Below are positions 61,074 through 64,000 of a DNA stretch of 64,000 nucleotides, piece by piece. Below the pieces are notes generated by a model. That model ran no database searches and had not been told where the DNA came from. It was given only the letters and a program-made list of their open reading frames with translations. Positions within the stretch are counted from its first letter, which is position 1. Each line of letters begins with the position of its first letter. This DNA comes from Mobula hypostoma. Its lineage: Eukaryota. Where the stretch lies: the NCBI RefSeq assembly GCF_963921235.1, contig NC_086097.1:153390001-153454000 (forward strand), written 5' to 3'. The position numbers and the translations under genes are program-made.

Positions 61074-63754
61074 GTGCCAGAAATTAGACAGAAAAAGAAT
61101 TGATCGTTCTCGACCAAAGTATGGTTCTGCAGGATTCTACGGATGTTATAACTCATGGAAAAGTGAGTCTTACATGAATATTCCTGGTCAGATCACTTTT
61201 CTGCACTTCAGTAGGTCCCTGGAGTAACAAGGGTCAAGACTGATACTTTCTGATAGTCTTTTCTATTGTTGCTGACTTGGCATTCATTGACCATCTGTAC
61301 TGGAGGGACAATGAAGGAGGATGGGCCTGGGTATATGTAAGAACTTTTGTTATATATTTTGCAAAATAATCATAAAACGCTCTGATAACTTTTGGTTTCA
61401 AGCTCAGTATTCTGTTGGAATATTAGCATCTCACAGTAATTTGATTAAAATATGATATACTTCTTTCCCTTGGATTTCTTGGTAGATTTTAGGAATCATG
61501 CAGGGTGTTAAAAGAAAAATCTTCTATTTAGTATGTCTTCTTGTACTGAAGCCAACTCAGTCTTTCACCATCTGCTCCTTCTTGTGAGAAGTGATTTGGC
61601 TTCATATTGCCAACATGATTCTGCTGCAAAGGCAGATGAGGTTAGTAGTTCTTCAGCTCTCCAATACAGTGATAGCTTCCTTGCTGTGTATCTAAAAACT
61701 TGGCCAAACCTTAGGCACATTACCTTTGTTCCACGTCTATTTGCAGATGGTATTCATGCTCTCAACTGGCATACTTCCCTTGTGTTTTCATATGGAATTT
61801 GGATTTCCATCTGCAGTTGTACTTGCCTGCGGAAGTGAAAAGAATGGGGAGATCCTTCCTGTTTTCCTTCACCAGAAGTGCTTAAATATTCATTATGTTT
61901 CATAATCTCTATATGCACTTCTGAAAATTTTTGAAATAACTGAGAGAACTCCTTTACAAATGACCATGGATGCCCTTTTACACCATTTCGCACAAAAAAG
62001 GAGATGCTTCAGAAATGGAGCTGCTAAAATCAGGCACTCTTTGTTGACCTGCATTCTCCACATCAGCACATAGTTTTCGTTATATTATTCAATTATCAAG
62101 CCCATGCCCTCTATTCATAACATGTATCTTCAAGATTCTGTTTGCTCAGAAGTCCTTTATCTATTGATTTGCATTGGCCTCTTATGTGACAAATGATACC
62201 ATGTTGACCTTTCAATCTTAATGTTTAATTACCAGCATAGTCTTGCCCCTGTTCATTCCTGTCTAATTATCAAGCACTACAATCCCCAAGAAACACTATG
62301 CTCCTCCAGTTTTATGATTTTGTACATCTCTTACCTTAATTGCTCCACCATTGCTGTCTGAGTTTTGGCATGCCTTTGTCATGTCACTTTGCTTCTTTAC
62401 CTCTCTTCTTATGGGATACCTCCTGCAATTTATCTCTCAACTCCCCTTTCATCTTGTATATTTGGTGTTGAATTTTGTTTACTAACAGTCCTGTCAAATG
62501 CCTGGTGTGTGCTGCTGCTTTCAGTGTGTTACACAAATGCAGGCTGTCATTACTATTGAACTAGTACCGAAAGAATGGAGGAAATGGGTGTGTTGGGAGT
62601 ACAGAGTTATATTTATAGTTCTATTTATGTCTAGCTTCCAAATCCTTTCAGTAAATGACCATTTTGCTATACCTTCCCAAGTTTCAATTAATATCTAGGA
62701 AGTCCACTCTTTGACCTTTTCCCTTCATTTTTACTCAATGAACCTGATTGGCCCCTACAGATGCAATATCACAGTATTTCATGGTGCCATATGAATGTTT
62801 TAGTTTATCCTGAATTGAGCCTCACACCATGACTACAATTCAAACCCTTCCATTCTGTAATGCAGGGCCCTTTATCAATATTGTATTAAAAAGATATAAA
62901 ATACTTCCCACCATTGTGCAGAGATGCAATTGAAAAAAAAAGTTAAATAAAAGTAACGTGGTTTCAGTATATTTTTCATTTTCTGGTAATATTACCTGAC
63001 TGCAGGGAGCAATGTTATTAGTAAACATTTATGAGGAGTATTATGGACATTGTACTGTGGGACTTCACACAATGAAAGAGGCAATACTTCACTATGTAAA
63101 ATAAATTAGGGACTGAAAATGATCACATGCTACTGTAGGAAGGCAAGAAAACTGCAAATAAGACAAGAAGTTGCAGTTAATTTAGCGTTCATCTTTTCAA
63201 TAATTAAAATATATTTTCCAAGTTCTGAAAAATTCTGAGAAAATGTTTAGCTACTGGCTGTATTTTTCCTCTTTATTGAAATGCTGCACAGTTCAATTGA
63301 AGCAGCATTAAAACGTGTTACATAAAATCTCCCTGAAATATAATCCTTTCTTTTTTATTATTCAAGTGATTTTGTTGACATTTTAATATCTGAACATTCA
63401 TTATTGAAATATCCCTGAGGGCTTAATGGGACAGAGTGCAAACCTTGACCGTTATCAAATTCTGCTAGCATTAGCAACACTAATATCTGAAAGCTTTTAA
63501 ATGCCTGATACATAAAGGATGGAACCCAGGCTAGGATGTGCTACAGATCAGATAACAAATAATGTATTTCTACATTAATACCATTTAAATTACAGGATGT
63601 TTCTGATAATAATTTGAGATTAATCCTTTGAAAGTCTATTCACTTACATTCTGGATGGGTATCAGAATGCGAGAAGACTGAGGGACAATTGGCGCCAACA
63701 TAAGTTACGATGTGACTTTATGTTCTTGCAGTGGATTACTCCGACTCTTTTAAT

Positions 63755-64000
63755 ACATTAATGGGATATGGGCATTGCTGCTAAAGTCACCATTTAGTGC
63801 CCATTCTTAATCGTCCATCAGCAGGTGGGTTGTGCATTTTTGTTTTTGAACACTCGCAATTGCTATTTTGAAGGTACATCTAAGGTACAGTATGGCAGAA
63901 AACTTTGACAGGGAATAGCATAGGATTAACAGCTTATTTCATGTGAGAACATCGAATTTCTTGGTTCCAGCCAATGCCTCTGTTGCCCAGGTTTTTCCAG
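63755..64000 (-). mobile_element. Old CR1/L2-type 3' end
   Basis: Reverse complement of the tail type seen at 35845-35915. Confidence 0.5.

Overview
Eukaryotic, AT-rich, transposon-dense intronic or intergenic DNA with no recognisable host protein-coding gene, rRNA, tRNA gene or CRISPR array. The repeat repertoire suggests a vertebrate, probably a cartilaginous fish (inference from my recollection of these families, not a database match). Most of the window is nested mobile elements. These are: a near-intact full-length L1 with a 17-bp TSD (23711-29540) and a 5'-truncated sister copy; two young CR1 copies of one family plus many older CR1s; several Rex1/Babar LINEs; a 5'-truncated Penelope-like element (PLE) with a stop-free RT + GIY-YIG frame; a TA-flanked Tigger/pogo deletion derivative; a decayed Gypsy split by a multi-layer nest; three solo LTRs; and SINEs. 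The most interesting signals are minimal hammerhead ribozyme motifs at the PLE 3' end and in short dispersed derivatives (one of 139 bp with a 10-bp TSD), non-coding YY1-headed elements with Rex1-type tails, long palindromes, and a few TE-free islands with enhancer-like motifs or minus-strand exon-like splice signals. Boundaries of old elements are approximate.
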